From contig CAWBCJ010000009.1 of assembly GCA_963787255.1 (NCBI GenBank), positions 1 to 39,661 of the forward strand: a stretch of 39,661 nt of DNA, given 5' to 3'. The notes under the pieces were generated by a model. The model was given only the letters and a program-made list of their open reading frames with translations. It was not told the DNA's origin and made no database searches. The translations under genes and the position numbers were made by a program. Below, piece after piece: positions 1 through 11,142 of this stretch. This DNA comes from Methanobacteriota archaeon (GTDB lineage: Archaea; Methanobacteriota; Methanobacteria; Methanobacteriales; Methanobacteriaceae). Position 1 is the stretch's first letter; every line of letters starts with the position of its first letter.

Positions 1-32
1 CAGAAAAGGCTAGTATCTATCGAGGGATTTCA

Positions 33-416
33 ATGAATTTTTTTTCGATTCGCACTCAAAGGCACACTCAGTTTGTAGACATCACCAGGGAAGTTCAATC
101 GGCGATATCGAATCTCGGGATAAAAAACGGAGTCGTCACTATTATTGTGCCGCATACAACCGCAGGAATCACGATCAATGAAAATGCGGACCCGGATGTC
201 ACCTCCGATATTGCAGACGCACTGGACAAAGCGGTCCCCTGGCAGGCGCAGTACAAACACTCTGAAGGCAACGCGGCGGCGCACGTCAAAGCAAGCATGA
301 TGGGATCTTCGGTTCAGGTTATCGTCGAAGACGGACAACTGCGGCTCGGCACCTGGCAGGCCATCTATTTTTGCGAGTTTGACGGCCCCCGCTCCCGCAA
401 CGTGTGGCTCGCATAA
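33..416 (+). CDS. yjbQ: YjbQ/UPF0047 family protein (secondary thiamine-phosphate synthase)
   Basis: Family motifs PHTTAGITINENADPDV, HSEGNAAAHVKAS and LGTWQAIYFCEFDGPR. Confidence 0.93.
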   Translation: MNFFSIRTQRHTQFVDITREVQSAISNLGIKNGVVTIIVPHTTAGITINENADPDVTSDIADALDKAVPWQAQYKHSEGNAAAHVKASMMGSSVQVIVEDGQLRLGTWQAIYFCEFDGPRSRNVWLA

Positions 417-870
417 GAACAAATGTCATAAGCCTTGGAACCTCCGGTCATTTTTTGGCATTTCTATCCTATAGAGCCAGGGCAAGAGGGCGAAATTAGA
501 AAGGAAAATTCGGAAGGAAACAAAGGATTCATGGCGATATGAAATCCGGGGCTACCTGAAGAGATTCCGCTGCCGGAGCCAACGCGATGAAACGGGAATA
601 CTGGAACACTGCTCGGTTTACCTTCGGAATTTTCGATAAATATCCTCTAATTGCAAAAAAGAGTTCTAATGTCCGCCAAGCGCAGTGCCGAAAATAAGCA
701 ATATAGGTTCTGTTGTTGGAGGTCCGCCTCAAGTGGGTGACCCGGATTATCCCCCCGAATCCGGTTTGGGCTGAAACACGATAATCCCTGATTGATGGCT
801 AAAGCGAGTGTCATCAAGGCGATATAGGGAGGCAGGGCCGACATGATCCTATTCAAGGATAGATGAGCAT

Positions 871-1389
871 ATGACAACGATCTCGGAAATCCCGACTGTC
901 GAAGCATTCGATAGCGAAGCCAAGCCGAATATTGACGCTGCCGGTTCGGCAGGCTTCAGCCTGGTCGAATCTCTGATGGCCATTCTTATCCTTGCCCTCG
1001 GTTTCATGTTTGTCGCGCCGATGATGTTTGACTCTATCCAATCGCTTACGCTTGCCAGGTCCAAGGACACGGCCGGATTTGCAGCCACCAATCAACTGGA
1101 AACGCTAGCGGCCTTGTACAAGGCAAACGCAAATGATGCAAATCTCACTATTGGAAATCATGGCCCCGTCCAAGTCGAAATAGTCAATCCTGCCGACAGT
1201 AGTAAATTGAACCGTTATAACGTAGCTTGGACGGTCGCCTCCGTGCCGGACCGAGACGGGCAAAGTATTGCGAGCGGTACAGGTGCCGTCACGGTAACGC
1301 CGATCGGATCCGGGACTTCGACAAACATCAAAGTCCGACAAAATAAGGTACTTAATGTAACAACTATTTTCAGTTTCAGGAGTCGATGA
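871..1389 (+). CDS. Type IV minor pilin, PilV-like
   Basis: Class III signal peptide AG|FSLVESLMAILIL (G-1, F+1, E+5); first gene of a four-pilin cluster. Confidence 0.8.
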   Translation: MTTISEIPTVEAFDSEAKPNIDAAGSAGFSLVESLMAILILALGFMFVAPMMFDSIQSLTLARSKDTAGFAATNQLETLAALYKANANDANLTIGNHGPVQVEIVNPADSSKLNRYNVAWTVASVPDRDGQSIASGTGAVTVTPIGSGTSTNIKVRQNKVLNVTTIFSFRSR

Positions 1390-2028
1390 AAAAGGCAAGA
1401 AAGCAGTTAATTGCGCCATTACCCTGCGAGTCAGGGGATATTGGAAGAAGTGGTTTTGCCTTGCGGAGTTTTTAATTTCTCACAGTGATCGTCCTGGTTC
1501 TGTCTGCAGGCGTTTTCACTATGCTGACCGATGTGCAAAGCACGTCAGGATATCAAACAGAGGTTCTGAGCGTGATGGAAAATACCAGGGTGGCCATGGG
1601 CACTCTGGAACGTTACATTGTGCAGGCAGGCAACAATCCGCGCTCGGCTGCATTCGCGCCTGTGACAATAACAAGCGCAACCCAAGTTCGGCTCTGCAGC
1701 GATTTAACCGGATCGGCCGGAGGCAATCAGGGTGATCCGGATGGCGACATCCTGGATGCGAATGAAGATGTCACAATCCGATATAACGCGACGGGTCGCA
1801 GCAATTGAGCTTGTCGCCGCGGATGGAACGGTTCAGACCCTGGCACAGTACATATCCGGCCTCTCTCTGGAATATTTGGACAACAATGGGACCGCTACAA
1901 CGGTCGGGGCCAACGTCAGAACAATAAGAATTACTATCAACGGAACTTCGGCCGTGGCCAATCCCCGCACACGAAAGACCTTTGGTCTTACTCTTACCGG
2001 CGTTTCCACTCTGCCGAATCGAGGATGA
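1386..2028 (+). CDS. Type IV minor pilin, PilW-like, split by frameshifts
   Basis: ATG at 1386 overlaps the previous stop and reads to SG|FAL. It continues in ORF pieces 1485-1808 and 1732-2028 (DGDILDANEDVTIRY, LAQYISGLSLEYLD, VRTIRITING). Confidence 0.7.
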
Positions 2029-2549
2029 TGCAAATGAATAGACATGCCTCAGGCTGTTCCAGAAATGCCGGCTTTTCGCTCATTGAAATGATGATCGTTC
2101 TCTGTGGTGCCGGAATCATTGCCGCTATGGCGTTGCCCGGGCTGACAAGCATGCGGAACAATTACAACACTGTTTTTGCGGCTCAAGAGATCGGCACCCA
2201 GCTGCATTTCGCCAAACTCAAGGCGATATCCAGCAATGAAGCGCTTCGTGTCAGCTTTTTGAACGCAAACTACTATCAAGTGGAGCTGTCGGACGGTACG
2301 CTGATTCGAGGTCCCTATTACTTGCCCGCGGGCATCAGCCTCAATACTGTTGATGGCGGCAATGCGGTGACTTTTCCCGGCAGTTACGTAACATTTCAAC
2401 CTGACGGAACCGTGCCAGTCTCAGGGAACGGTTCTATGGGACGCGTTAAACTGATTTCCCGCGATGGGCTGCGCGTGGATATTCTTGTGGATAGGGACGG
2501 CCTAATCCGTCAAACCCCTCCCTACAAGGCAGCCCCGGCTCCCTTTTAG
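2025..2549 (+). CDS. FimT/GspH-like minor pilin
   Basis: AG|FSLIEMMIVL prepilin motif; QLHFAKLKAIS helix; VTFQPDG motif typical of FimT/GspH. Confidence 0.85.
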   Translation: MMQMNRHASGCSRNAGFSLIEMMIVLCGAGIIAAMALPGLTSMRNNYNTVFAAQEIGTQLHFAKLKAISSNEALRVSFLNANYYQVELSDGTLIRGPYYLPAGISLNTVDGGNAVTFPGSYVTFQPDGTVPVSGNGSMGRVKLISRDGLRVDILVDRDGLIRQTPPYKAAPAPF

Positions 2550-2574
2550 CAGCAAAACCGATTGGGATAAAACT

Positions 2575-4046
2575 ATGCAGGCAATTACTTCTCAACCAAA
2601 TCTGCCTAAGAATTCCGAACCTGGCAGCACCGATGTATCGGGGGCTGAAGGACGAGCAGGGAATCGCGATGGTTCTTGTCATGATCGCGCTTTCGTTGCT
2701 AATCATGTGTTCCGCATATCTGTTCTTAAGCAGTGTCGAGGATCTGAGGGTCAGCGACAACAGCGAGAGCATGCTTCAGGCAAGGTTCGCAGCCCGCGCC
2801 GGCATCGATCATGCACGCGAGATTCTCCGTGGGCTTACGTTCAACGATCTCCTCAAAGGGCCGGATGGAACTGCAACCACCGATATCTCACCACCGCCCG
2901 TTCCGTCAGCTTTCGCAACCCGGCCTCCTGGGCCACATTTCGATCGCTGAATCTTGCGGATCCCACCAGCGATGTCAGCTCCGTGAACGATGATGGCTTG
3001 ATCACTACTGGGCGGTTTCCCGGGAACAGTGCTGGTACCCAAAACCGGCATAGCTTTCACGGCAACAAACCCATACGGATCGGGGACGATAACCACAGCG
3101 CGATACTTTCTCAAGGTGACCGACAACAACGGTGAGGCCTCAGAACTGGCCAAGGATGCGGCCAACAATCCTTTCGTTGACGGGGACGGGACCATCATCG
3201 TCCGTTCCGTTGGGGTTGCGAGAACAATTCAAGAGGGCTCCGGACCCAATATACGCCGTAATTCGGTCGCCATATATGAAGCTCGATTCAGCCAAGGCAG
3301 CCCGTTTGCCAACTTGGGCTCACCGGCGCTCGTGATCGGAAGCGATGTTAGTGCTAATTTTTCGGGAAACGCCTTTGATCTCACCGGAACTAGCGATGGG
3401 CCGGGCCTTGCGACTATCGACACGGACCTGACTGATGCCTACCATCCCGACCAGATCCTGAAAGCTGCCACAGGTGGCAAAGGATCCATCACGCGGAAAT
3501 TGCACAGGAGCCAATGCGGATAGTTGCATTGTCGACATCACCGCCAGTGCGATGGCCGACCCCAATAAAGCGCACTTGCGGGATCCTGCCTGGCTGCATG
3601 ACTTTGTGTTTAACCAGATACCCCAAATGGCGGATAATCCGCCCGGAACGTTCGACCCTGCAGATCTCGGAACCGCTGCGAATCCCAAGATTACCTTCGT
3701 CAATGGTGATTTAAGCGTTACGGGAGGCATCACGGGAGCGGGGATGCTGGTGGTAACCGGTTCGCTCGCCATGGGCGGTAGTGTGAATTTTGATGGACTC
3801 GTTCTGGTTATAGGCGCAGGCGATTTCTGGGCCCACGGCATGAACCGCGGCATTCACGGCGGGTTGATTGTCGCCAATCTAACCCAGGTTGGCGGCGCGT
3901 GGACTTTCGGAGTTTCCACCGTTTTTGACATCAGAGGGAATAGCAATATTGCATCATACGATGGCTCGCTAGCGAACATGGGCAACGGCCTTTTGCCTCT
4001 GAAACAACTGTCATTCAGAGAAATCCCCAGCGGGATTGATCCTTAG
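2575..4046 (+). CDS. PilX-like minor pilin with extended C-terminal domain, split by about 3 frameshifts
   Basis: EQG|IAMVLVMIAL lacks E+5, as in PilX/GspK; QARFAARAGIDHA PilX N-terminal motif; continuous pieces 2633-2950, 3029-3523 and 3474-4046 (GAGMLVVTGSLAMGG..FDGLVLV). Confidence 0.72.
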
Positions 4047-4126
4047 TCTGTCCGTACTGCAATCAGGGACTTGGCCGCGGCTGCCGCATTGAATGCCAAC
4101 TCGAAATTTTGGAAAGGTATGAGTGA

Positions 4127-4861
4127 ATGGGTGTAATCAGATGCCCTAAGTGCAAACTGATCAACATGGAAAATGTCCGCCGCTGCCGAAGGTGTGGCAC
4201 TCCACTGTCTTCGGTTAAGAGTGGGGATGCCTTAGACTCCAAATCTCTGAATTTCAATCGAGCAGCTCGTTATTGGGCTATCCCGGTTATTGTGATCGTT
4301 TCTCTGCTATGCATTTATGGTTATTATAGACATTCGAAAAGCGTTTCGATCTCCGAGGCCGGACTTGCTGAAACAAACAAAGTCATAGTGAAGAGCGCTC
4401 CCGCCAACCGGGAACTCGAAGAAGTAAAAAAGCTGAATCAGAATTTTTTGGCAAAACTTGATCAGAATATGTCTGATAGCCAGGGTGAGGGTTTTAAAAA
4501 GAATCAAACACTGGCCTACGATACGATGATGGCGCTGCAAGAGGAGCAGAACAAACTCACGGACGCCGCAGCGCTAAAGCATTTGGGTGAATTTTACCGC
4601 TTGGTGAGTAAGTATTACGATCAGCTGGTTCGATTCAATTCAGAAACCGCGCATTTGGCGGAAGTCAGGCAGCGAACCATAAGCGAAATCGAACATGTCC
4701 AACAAGATCCCTCCATGCCGTCCGAGAATAAGGACTCCAGAGAAGCTGATCTTGGGCTCAAGGTCATCAACAAATTTCAGGAACGAAACATTATTGCCAA
4801 CGATATAAATGAGACTTTGAAATCTCTTCGCAACCTTTCGGCCTCCGGTGCCGCTTCATAA
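4127..4861 (+). CDS. Zinc-ribbon, single-TM, coiled-coil hypothetical protein
   Basis: CPKC...CRRC, then hydrophobic WAIPVIVIVSLLCIYG, then a helical C-terminus. Confidence 0.7.
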   Translation: MGVIRCPKCKLINMENVRRCRRCGTPLSSVKSGDALDSKSLNFNRAARYWAIPVIVIVSLLCIYGYYRHSKSVSISEAGLAETNKVIVKSAPANRELEEVKKLNQNFLAKLDQNMSDSQGEGFKKNQTLAYDTMMALQEEQNKLTDAAALKHLGEFYRLVSKYYDQLVRFNSETAHLAEVRQRTISEIEHVQQDPSMPSENKDSREADLGLKVINKFQERNIIANDINETLKSLRNLSASGAAS

Positions 4862-4998
4862 CAACAACGGCATTATGGTACTGTCCATCCGCGATAGACG
4901 CCCTCACGGAATGCCGCAATGAAGCTACGCCTTCTCAACCTTGATCAAGCTTTCACCGGCGCGCGTCTCCTTCTATCACTCATTACTCGGACAGACTC

Positions 4999-7385
4999 CT
5001 AGAGGATCTGAATGAACTTTATGGCATACATCGGTTCATCTATAATTATGTTCAAATCCCCCTTGTTTTGCTCGATAAATTTTGTCAATGCCTGATATTT
5101 AGCCCTTAATGTCTTTCCCGGTGTTTTGTCGATCGCAGGCGTATCCGTATCAATGATAAGGTATTTGAAGCCGGCATTTTTTAAACGGGTGATGGCTTTT
5201 TTATCGTCATGATCCTGTGTGAGAGACATAAATATATCAAGCTGATTATCATCGAGGACTAGCGTATCGTTTTGGTGAATGTAGTATTTTATGAAGGTCC
5301 CGACTCTATATATTTTCGGGGGATTTTCTTTGTTCGTGTCAATATCACTGTTAATTATGTTAGAGATCTTCAAATATATCGGCATGTAGTGTTTCATGTA
5401 CCCATTTGCGTCAATGGTTCCTCCCGCATAGGCAAGACCGACAGGATCAATAGAGAAGGCAGGGGATGATACTGTTCGCAGGCAAATGGCGCATATCAAC
5501 CAAAAAATAATTGCAATGTTTGTTACATATCGTAAAAAAGTCCAATTAGGATTTTTTAGTCGATGAATAACCTCAACGATGAGAATAAGCAAAAAGATGA
5601 ATCCCCCATAGCCGTACCAAATCACTCCTTCTGCCAAAATTACCCACAGCATCCAATATATTGATCCTGCAAATAGAATTTCATGCCGTAGCTGTAGAGC
5701 GTGTATCTCTTCCCTTTCAGGTGCTCTTGTATAAATGATGATTATAAGGGGGATGACTGCTAGAAAAATATAACCTATATCCACATAGGCCCCGGACACA
5801 ACCGGATTGAAGGTAATGGTAAAGGGGAGCAAAAGGTATTTCCTTATTCCGTGATCAAAACCGATGTAGCGGCCTTGTTCTTCTTGCACGCCTGTTGATG
5901 ATATAGCCGGTAATTGTCCCAAAATAACTGTCAGGGGGGGATTCATGGCGATGACGGGTGCCGTACTTTTCCCGGATCGCAAAGACTGTATGGATAGCTG
6001 TTTTGTTTCAGCAATATTCTTAATTCCGTAGGGGATAAAAGGCGCCAAGATACAGACGATGAAAAGGAGCATTGCCAGGCAGGCCTTTCCCGCTTTTCTT
6101 TTAAACATATAAAACAAGGCATAGAGCGACATGGCAATAATAAAGAACAGCGCCGTATATTTAATGGTAAAGGCAAAACCCATAAAAAGTCCACTCAACC
6201 ATAAGGATTTCAAATCATGTTGTCCTTCTTTCCTCCACGACAGAAAAGATATAAAAGCAAGAAGCATAAAAAATAGGGCGTCTAAATCTACTTTCATATC
6301 GTGGGTTGATTGAAACATAACTGTGGGCAATGTGTAGAAAAGCGTTGCTACAAAAAAAGCATAGGTATTTCCCAGCGATTTAGGGATGTTTCGATGTTCA
6401 ACATAGGATTGGACGGAGACATAAAGACTAACAAAGGCAAGGATCCCACCCAAAAAAGAGAGAAAATGCGCTATGGTGGCGCTATGGAAAAGTACATATC
6501 CCAGACTCATAAAAAGTCCCCAGGAGTAGGCATCTATACCGCCGAGCAATTTCCCCCCCTGAGCGAGCAAATGTGGGAACATTCATATAGACTGCCGTGT
6601 CATCCCATCCGATGGGAATAGGGCGGATTAGTGCGAGGACATTGTGACTGAGCACAATCGAAAATACAAAAAAGAGCATGATGCGCACATCAGCATAAGA
6701 GCCCTGAAAATGGATTTGAGGTCGGAAAAAGGCTTTGAGCCACTGCCATAATTCTTTATATGCTAATGATAACAATACAATAAATATTAACCAGACGGGG
6801 GCGCTTTGCAGCCATCCAAACAATCCCAAAATAAAAAGCGTTAAAGTAATAAGAACCGCTCCCATGCCAAAGGATAATAAGAATTCCTTCAGATTATATG
6901 GTTCATCTCGTTTCAGGCAGTTGAAGACATTTTTCCCTATGGAAGCACAAATCAAAAGAATGAAACTAAGAGCGGCAAGAATAAAGCCGTAATGGGAAAA
7001 TATTCCTGGATAGGGCGTTATGAAAGCATCCTTGAAGATGTGATAAAAGCCAAACCACATAAAAGCAATAAGAAAAAATAAAAAGGAAAAAATGATCAGA
7101 AGCATGAAGGGGGAGAGATTTATATCAATGGTTTTCTCCTTGGCATAGAAACGCCTCCATAAACAAAGCAAGAAGTATTCGCCACTGATGACTACAACTA
7201 TAGATAAGAGGGGAAAGATTCCTGAGTTTCCCGCAAGGATAGAATGGAAAATGTCTGATGTAATATTTGTGACTTGTTCTCCAGGTTATTTCTCCATCTG
7301 CAACGCTGAAAAAATAGAAGCTTGCAACGAAGACAATCCATAATGCCCCAATTATCGGTGTGTAGATGCCAGCTTTATTTTTCAC
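4999..7385 (-). CDS. Polytopic membrane protein, GT-C/ArnT-PMT-like glycosyltransferase, split by frameshifts
   Basis: Overlapping pieces 7125-7385, 6482-7171 and 4999-6582; many TM segments; acidic loop PIPIGWDD; KVDL and GFAFTIKYTA motifs. Confidence 0.6.
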
Positions 7386-7460
7386 GGAAGAAGCCTTTTG
7401 TTATTATCCCGGCTCGCGGGGCAAGGTGTTGCCGTATAGGAACAGGACCCTTATTTCATC

Positions 7461-7811
7461 TCAGCGGGATGACTTGTCTATTTGTGCTTTGAGGATGCTG
7501 TTATTCTGTGCCAGGTTTTTCACCTGGTCGCTTAACTTCGATATTTTGATTGAAAAATGCAGCGAAATCAAAACCAGAAAAACTATGCCGAAGATAAACA
7601 GGGTTGTGGTAGGCGTCACGGCCCCGAGCAGGGCCGTCAGTTTGACGAGCAGATCGTGCCAGACGACCAGAAGAATTAAGGCAAAACCTGTCAGTAGCCA
7701 CAACCATGAATATTCTACATGTAATTTTCTGCTTCGCACGAGGGAGATGATTACTACAAAAATGGACAGGCTGGTAAAGACGGCAAAAATCTTCTGATGG
7801 AACGTCATCAA
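7461..7811 (-). CDS. DUF2304 family membrane protein
   Basis: LVRSRKLHVEYSWLWL, three TM segments, SIKISKLSDQVKNLAQ; lies next to a GT2 as is typical. Confidence 0.85.
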   Translation of the reverse strand: MMTFHQKIFAVFTSLSIFVVIISLVRSRKLHVEYSWLWLLTGFALILLVVWHDLLVKLTALLGAVTPTTTLFIFGIVFLVLISLHFSIKISKLSDQVKNLAQNNSILKAQIDKSSR

Positions 7812-7821
7812 TGCACACCTC

Positions 7822-8532
7822 CTATATGCTTGATTTCTTTCTTAAAAGAGTTATCAATATGGTCAGAAAAACGGTGAAGAAATAGTAGCTGATCTTGATA
7901 ATACCCCGATGCATGCTCCTCCCTTCGGGGTTCGGCTGCATCGTTACGGGCAGTTCCGCCATCTTGAAGCCCTTGCGATGCAGGTCGATAATAATATTGG
8001 CATCGGGGTAATCGTAAGGGAATCCGTCTTCTGTAAAATATCGAAATACTGCCCGATTCATGCACCGATAGCCAGAAGTCGGATCTGTAATAGTTTCGCC
8101 CGTCATCAACTTGATAATCTTGCGGAATAAACTGATTGCCATCGATTTAAATAAACCGGTCGTCTGTTTGCTGTTTTTCAGAAAGCGGGAGCCAATTGCC
8201 ATATCACATCGGCGATCTTCAATCATGGCGAACAAATCCGGGATATGGGCGGGATGATGCTGCCCATCGCCATCGATCTGCAGGAGAGTCTCATAAGTGT
8301 TTATGAGCGCATACTTATATCCTGTCTGCACGGCCACGCCGGCGCCCATATTGAAGGGGTGGCGGAGCAGAAGTGCGCCCGCTGAGGTGGCGCGCTCTGC
8401 CGTCCGATCTTCGGAACCGTCATCGACGACCACGATATCCGCTTCGCTGTATTGCCTGACGCCTTCGATGACCGCGGCGATCTGCCTCTCTTCGTTGTAA
8501 GCGGGAATGATGATCAATCTATTTGTTTTCAA
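7822..8532 (-). CDS. GT2 glycosyltransferase, DPM1-like
   Basis: IIPAYNE, VVDDGSED, QIDGDGQH, IGSRF and DPTSGYR motifs. Confidence 0.92.
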   Translation of the reverse strand: MKTNRLIIIPAYNEERQIAAVIEGVRQYSEADIVVVDDGSEDRTAERATSAGALLLRHPFNMGAGVAVQTGYKYALINTYETLLQIDGDGQHHPAHIPDLFAMIEDRRCDMAIGSRFLKNSKQTTGLFKSMAISLFRKIIKLMTGETITDPTSGYRCMNRAVFRYFTEDGFPYDYPDANIIIDLHRKGFKMAELPVTMQPNPEGRSMHRGIIKISYYFFTVFLTILITLLRKKSSI

Positions 8533-8860
8533 TGATTGGCCCTGGATTTTGTTCTTAGTATCAATTTTATAAAATGCCAGTACTTATTCATTGAATAATT
8601 CACCAATTCAAGCTTCCAGTCCCCGATCTCTTCATACCAAATCCGCCCGCTGAACATTCCCACAATATCCCGATCCTTCACGCGGCGCAATGACTGTGAA
8701 TTGCGCCGCGCCGCCAGGATGTACTTCCAGCTTTCAAAGCTCAGGAAGTATTTATAAACCTTTAATTTTTCTCTGAACCAGCCTCTCTGCAAGGCGAACA
8801 GCAACAGTCCGAACTCCATAATGACAAAGGCCAATGAAATCAAAAGCAAGGTGGACAATT
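8529..8860 (-). pseudogene. C-terminal fragment of a probable GT2 glycosyltransferase, cut at the junction
   Basis: Stop overlaps the next GT2 start. Content (EFGLLLFA...KLKVYKYF...RRNSQSLRRVKDRDI) resembles GT2 C-termini. The 5' end is replaced by archaeal DNA. Confidence 0.55.
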
Positions 8861-8865
8861 CCAAA
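8855..8865. other. Bacterial/archaeal sequence junction
   Basis: Homology of ORF 8840-9256 to its paralog at 36441-37190 stops after GLGLW (tgga at 8860-8863 on the minus strand); abrupt GC and gene-content change. Confidence 0.88.
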
Positions 8866-9256
8866 GCCCCAGACCCATTTTGTTACGGTCAATGTGTTCT
8901 GAATCGAGGAAAGAGTCAGCAAAGAGAACTAAATCATATTCACTTGCTTTTTTATAGGCTTCTTCCTTGGTTTGAACTCCCATATCCTCCTTAAGAATAT
9001 CCCAGAAAATCCGGAATACATCTTGAGGTTTGGAATCAGTATCAATGAATAAGTGAGCATCATGAATGTTAAGATCAAGTAGAGAAAGTGCTTGATATAT
9101 GTTTGCTGATTTACCTGTGCCTGGTGTGGCTAAAACAAGTATAAAATGTCCTTTAGATGTTTTTAAGGTTTTAAGTACTGAACATAATTCATGGAATGAT
9201 TTAGTTTCTATGAAACTTTCACAATCATTTGCTGAAAAAACTTTATGATTAGTCAT
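8860..9256 (-). pseudogene. P-loop NTPase-like protein, 3' truncated at the junction; paralog of 36441-37190
   Basis: Collinear with residues 1-132 of 36441-37190; Walker-A-like ATPGTGKS. Confidence 0.85.
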
Positions 9257-9355
9257 TTTATTAGCTTAATTTTTATTTCAAGAAGAAAAAACATTTAAAC
9301 TAATTTTCATCAGCTTAGAATAAAAATTAGGTATAAAACTTATTATTTATAAGAA

Positions 9356-9601
9356 TTAGTATTTTCTATCCCTCATTAGATCCTTTAAACGGCCGAATTT
9401 CATTTCTAGATCGTTAATACGGTCATTTAAGTCGCGGTTTTTTATTCTAATTTCTTCTAAGTCTCTGGTGATTCTGTGAATTAAATCTTCAACATCACCT
9501 TCACGACCATAGGAATCTCTGGTTCGATCATCACGTCTTCGGCTGCTTTGATTCATTTGGTCTAATGTGGAATCTATCATCTTTTTTGGATCAAATTTCA
9601 T
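9356..9601 (-). CDS. Small coiled-coil hypothetical protein
   Basis: GAGGTGA RBS upstream; heptad-like C-terminus. Confidence 0.75.
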   Translation of the reverse strand: MKFDPKKMIDSTLDQMNQSSRRRDDRTRDSYGREGDVEDLIHRITRDLEEIRIKNRDLNDRINDLEMKFGRLKDLMRDRKY

Positions 9602-9731
9602 TCTTTTTTCACCTCATACTTGAGTCGTTCAATTTATGTTATTTATTAAATATATAAATTTCTAAATGGCTAAAAATAAGGCTTTCAAATGCATTAAGAC
9701 ATTGTAATGAGTTTAAAATATATGGATTTTT

Positions 9732-10643
9732 TTATTCTTTTTTGCATACAACTTCTTTAGGATCGGTGTGAACAGTGACCATTTTTATAGGCTCAACATC
9801 ATTAATTATATTCTGTTCAACTTCATGAGCTATTTCATGAGCTTTCTCAAGTTTTAAATCTTTATTAAGCTCTATGTGTAATTCTGCAGATGCATAGGGG
9901 CCCATATTGTTTATTTTTATATCGTGAACTCCTTTAACGCATTCAGATTTTAATGCAGATTTTTCTATATTCTCAATAATCTGTTTTGAGGGTATTTTAC
10001 CCATAAGCGTGTTAATATTATCACGAGCCACATGAAACGCAGTATTAATAATAAATAATGCTATTAAAACACCTACAAGCGGATCCAAAATGGGAAAACC
10101 GAATTGAGAACCTACAACTCCAATTAAAACTGCTGCACAAGAAAATATATCTACTTTTTGATGATTTCCATCTGCTATAAGAGCAGGACTGTTAATTTTT
10201 TTACCTGATCTAATGAGGTATGTAGTCATAGTATAATTTACAAATATGCCGATTAACGCCATTACAGCAGCAATCCAATCAGGAGGGACGATTGCACCGC
10301 CTAAAACAATTTTTGAATAAACACTAGAAAGTATTTCAAAGGCGACTATTCCCAAGAATACAACAATTATAAGACCTACAATGGGCTCTGCTCGTCCATG
10401 CCCGTATTGGTGTTCTTCATCTGCAGGCCTCATACCAATTTTAAAACCAACAAAAGCTATTATGGAAGTTAAAACATCAGATAGAGTATGAAATCCTTCA
10501 GCTACAAGTGCTGTACTTCCAGATAAAAGTCCTACAATTAAATTAAAAATTGTAAGGAATATGTTTCCAAATATTGCTATATAAGAAGCTTTTTTACCTA
10601 CTTTTTCTCTTTCTATTGTATCTTGCAAAGATTCAATCCCCAA
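9732..10643 (-). CDS. Cation diffusion facilitator (FieF-like) transporter
   Basis: GSTALVAEGFHTLSD, HQYGHGRAE, ALIADGNHQKVD and C-terminal AHEIA...VHTDP motifs. Confidence 0.93.
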   Translation of the reverse strand: MGIESLQDTIEREKVGKKASYIAIFGNIFLTIFNLIVGLLSGSTALVAEGFHTLSDVLTSIIAFVGFKIGMRPADEEHQYGHGRAEPIVGLIIVVFLGIVAFEILSSVYSKIVLGGAIVPPDWIAAVMALIGIFVNYTMTTYLIRSGKKINSPALIADGNHQKVDIFSCAAVLIGVVGSQFGFPILDPLVGVLIALFIINTAFHVARDNINTLMGKIPSKQIIENIEKSALKSECVKGVHDIKINNMGPYASAELHIELNKDLKLEKAHEIAHEVEQNIINDVEPIKMVTVHTDPKEVVCKKE

Positions 10644-10693
10644 TTAGTGTTCTTGATATTTTATATTATATGATTGGGTTAACTATTGTAAAA

Positions 10694-10720
10694 GGATTTT
10701 TATAAACGCAATGGCGATTA
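10694..10720 (+). repeat. Degenerate dif-like site
   Basis: ggatttttata-aacgca-atggcgatta followed by tttttggattaaaa, as in the 27507 copy. Confidence 0.45.
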
Positions 10721-10831
10721 TTTTTGGATTAAAACTGAATTGGTAAAAGTTCTATTTTTTTGCATTGTAATGTCATTGAATGAATTAAATTTCAGTTTGA
10801 TTTCATTTTTTTATTCTATTTCATAAAACAA

Positions 10832-11142
10832 GCTTGTGTGAGTCTTTATAATTATAGTTACAAAAATGATACTTTTTGTATACTTAAAACTGTTTTAAAA
10901 AATTAGGAATTTAAAAATAGGTTTTAATAAGCTGTATTTTTATATATTAACTGTTTCAAGCAAGTTTATTAAGTTGTGATATAAAATAAATATTATATTT
11001 TATATCAAGTTTAAAATTTCTCCCTCTAGAATAAGTAGAATTAGTTAAAACTTTCTTGAAATACTTATTTTTGTAATTTAGATTTTCTTAAGAGGTTGAA
11101 AAGATTAGCCCATTAAGTTGTTATAGTTACGAATGAAGTAGT
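10832..11142 (+). repeat. Long intergenic repeat (~300 bp) ending in a dif-like site
   Basis: Aligns by eye over its length with 38626-38946; ends in aagttgttata-gttacg at 11115. Confidence 0.8.

Noticed and set aside
742-764. Hairpin ccggatt-N9-aatccgg upstream of the pilins as a c-di-GMP riboswitch
   Set aside because: Only a 7-bp stem, and I could not find GEMM consensus elements
4862-5000. Possible second chimeric junction at the GC drop
   Set aside because: Both flanking genes end normally at a convergent boundary, and GC rises again within the same glycosylation block
30-8500. Numerous antisense and alternate-frame ORFs in the track (e.g. 30-422, 3320-3853, 7366-7797)
   Set aside because: They shadow well-supported genes and show no recognisable motifs
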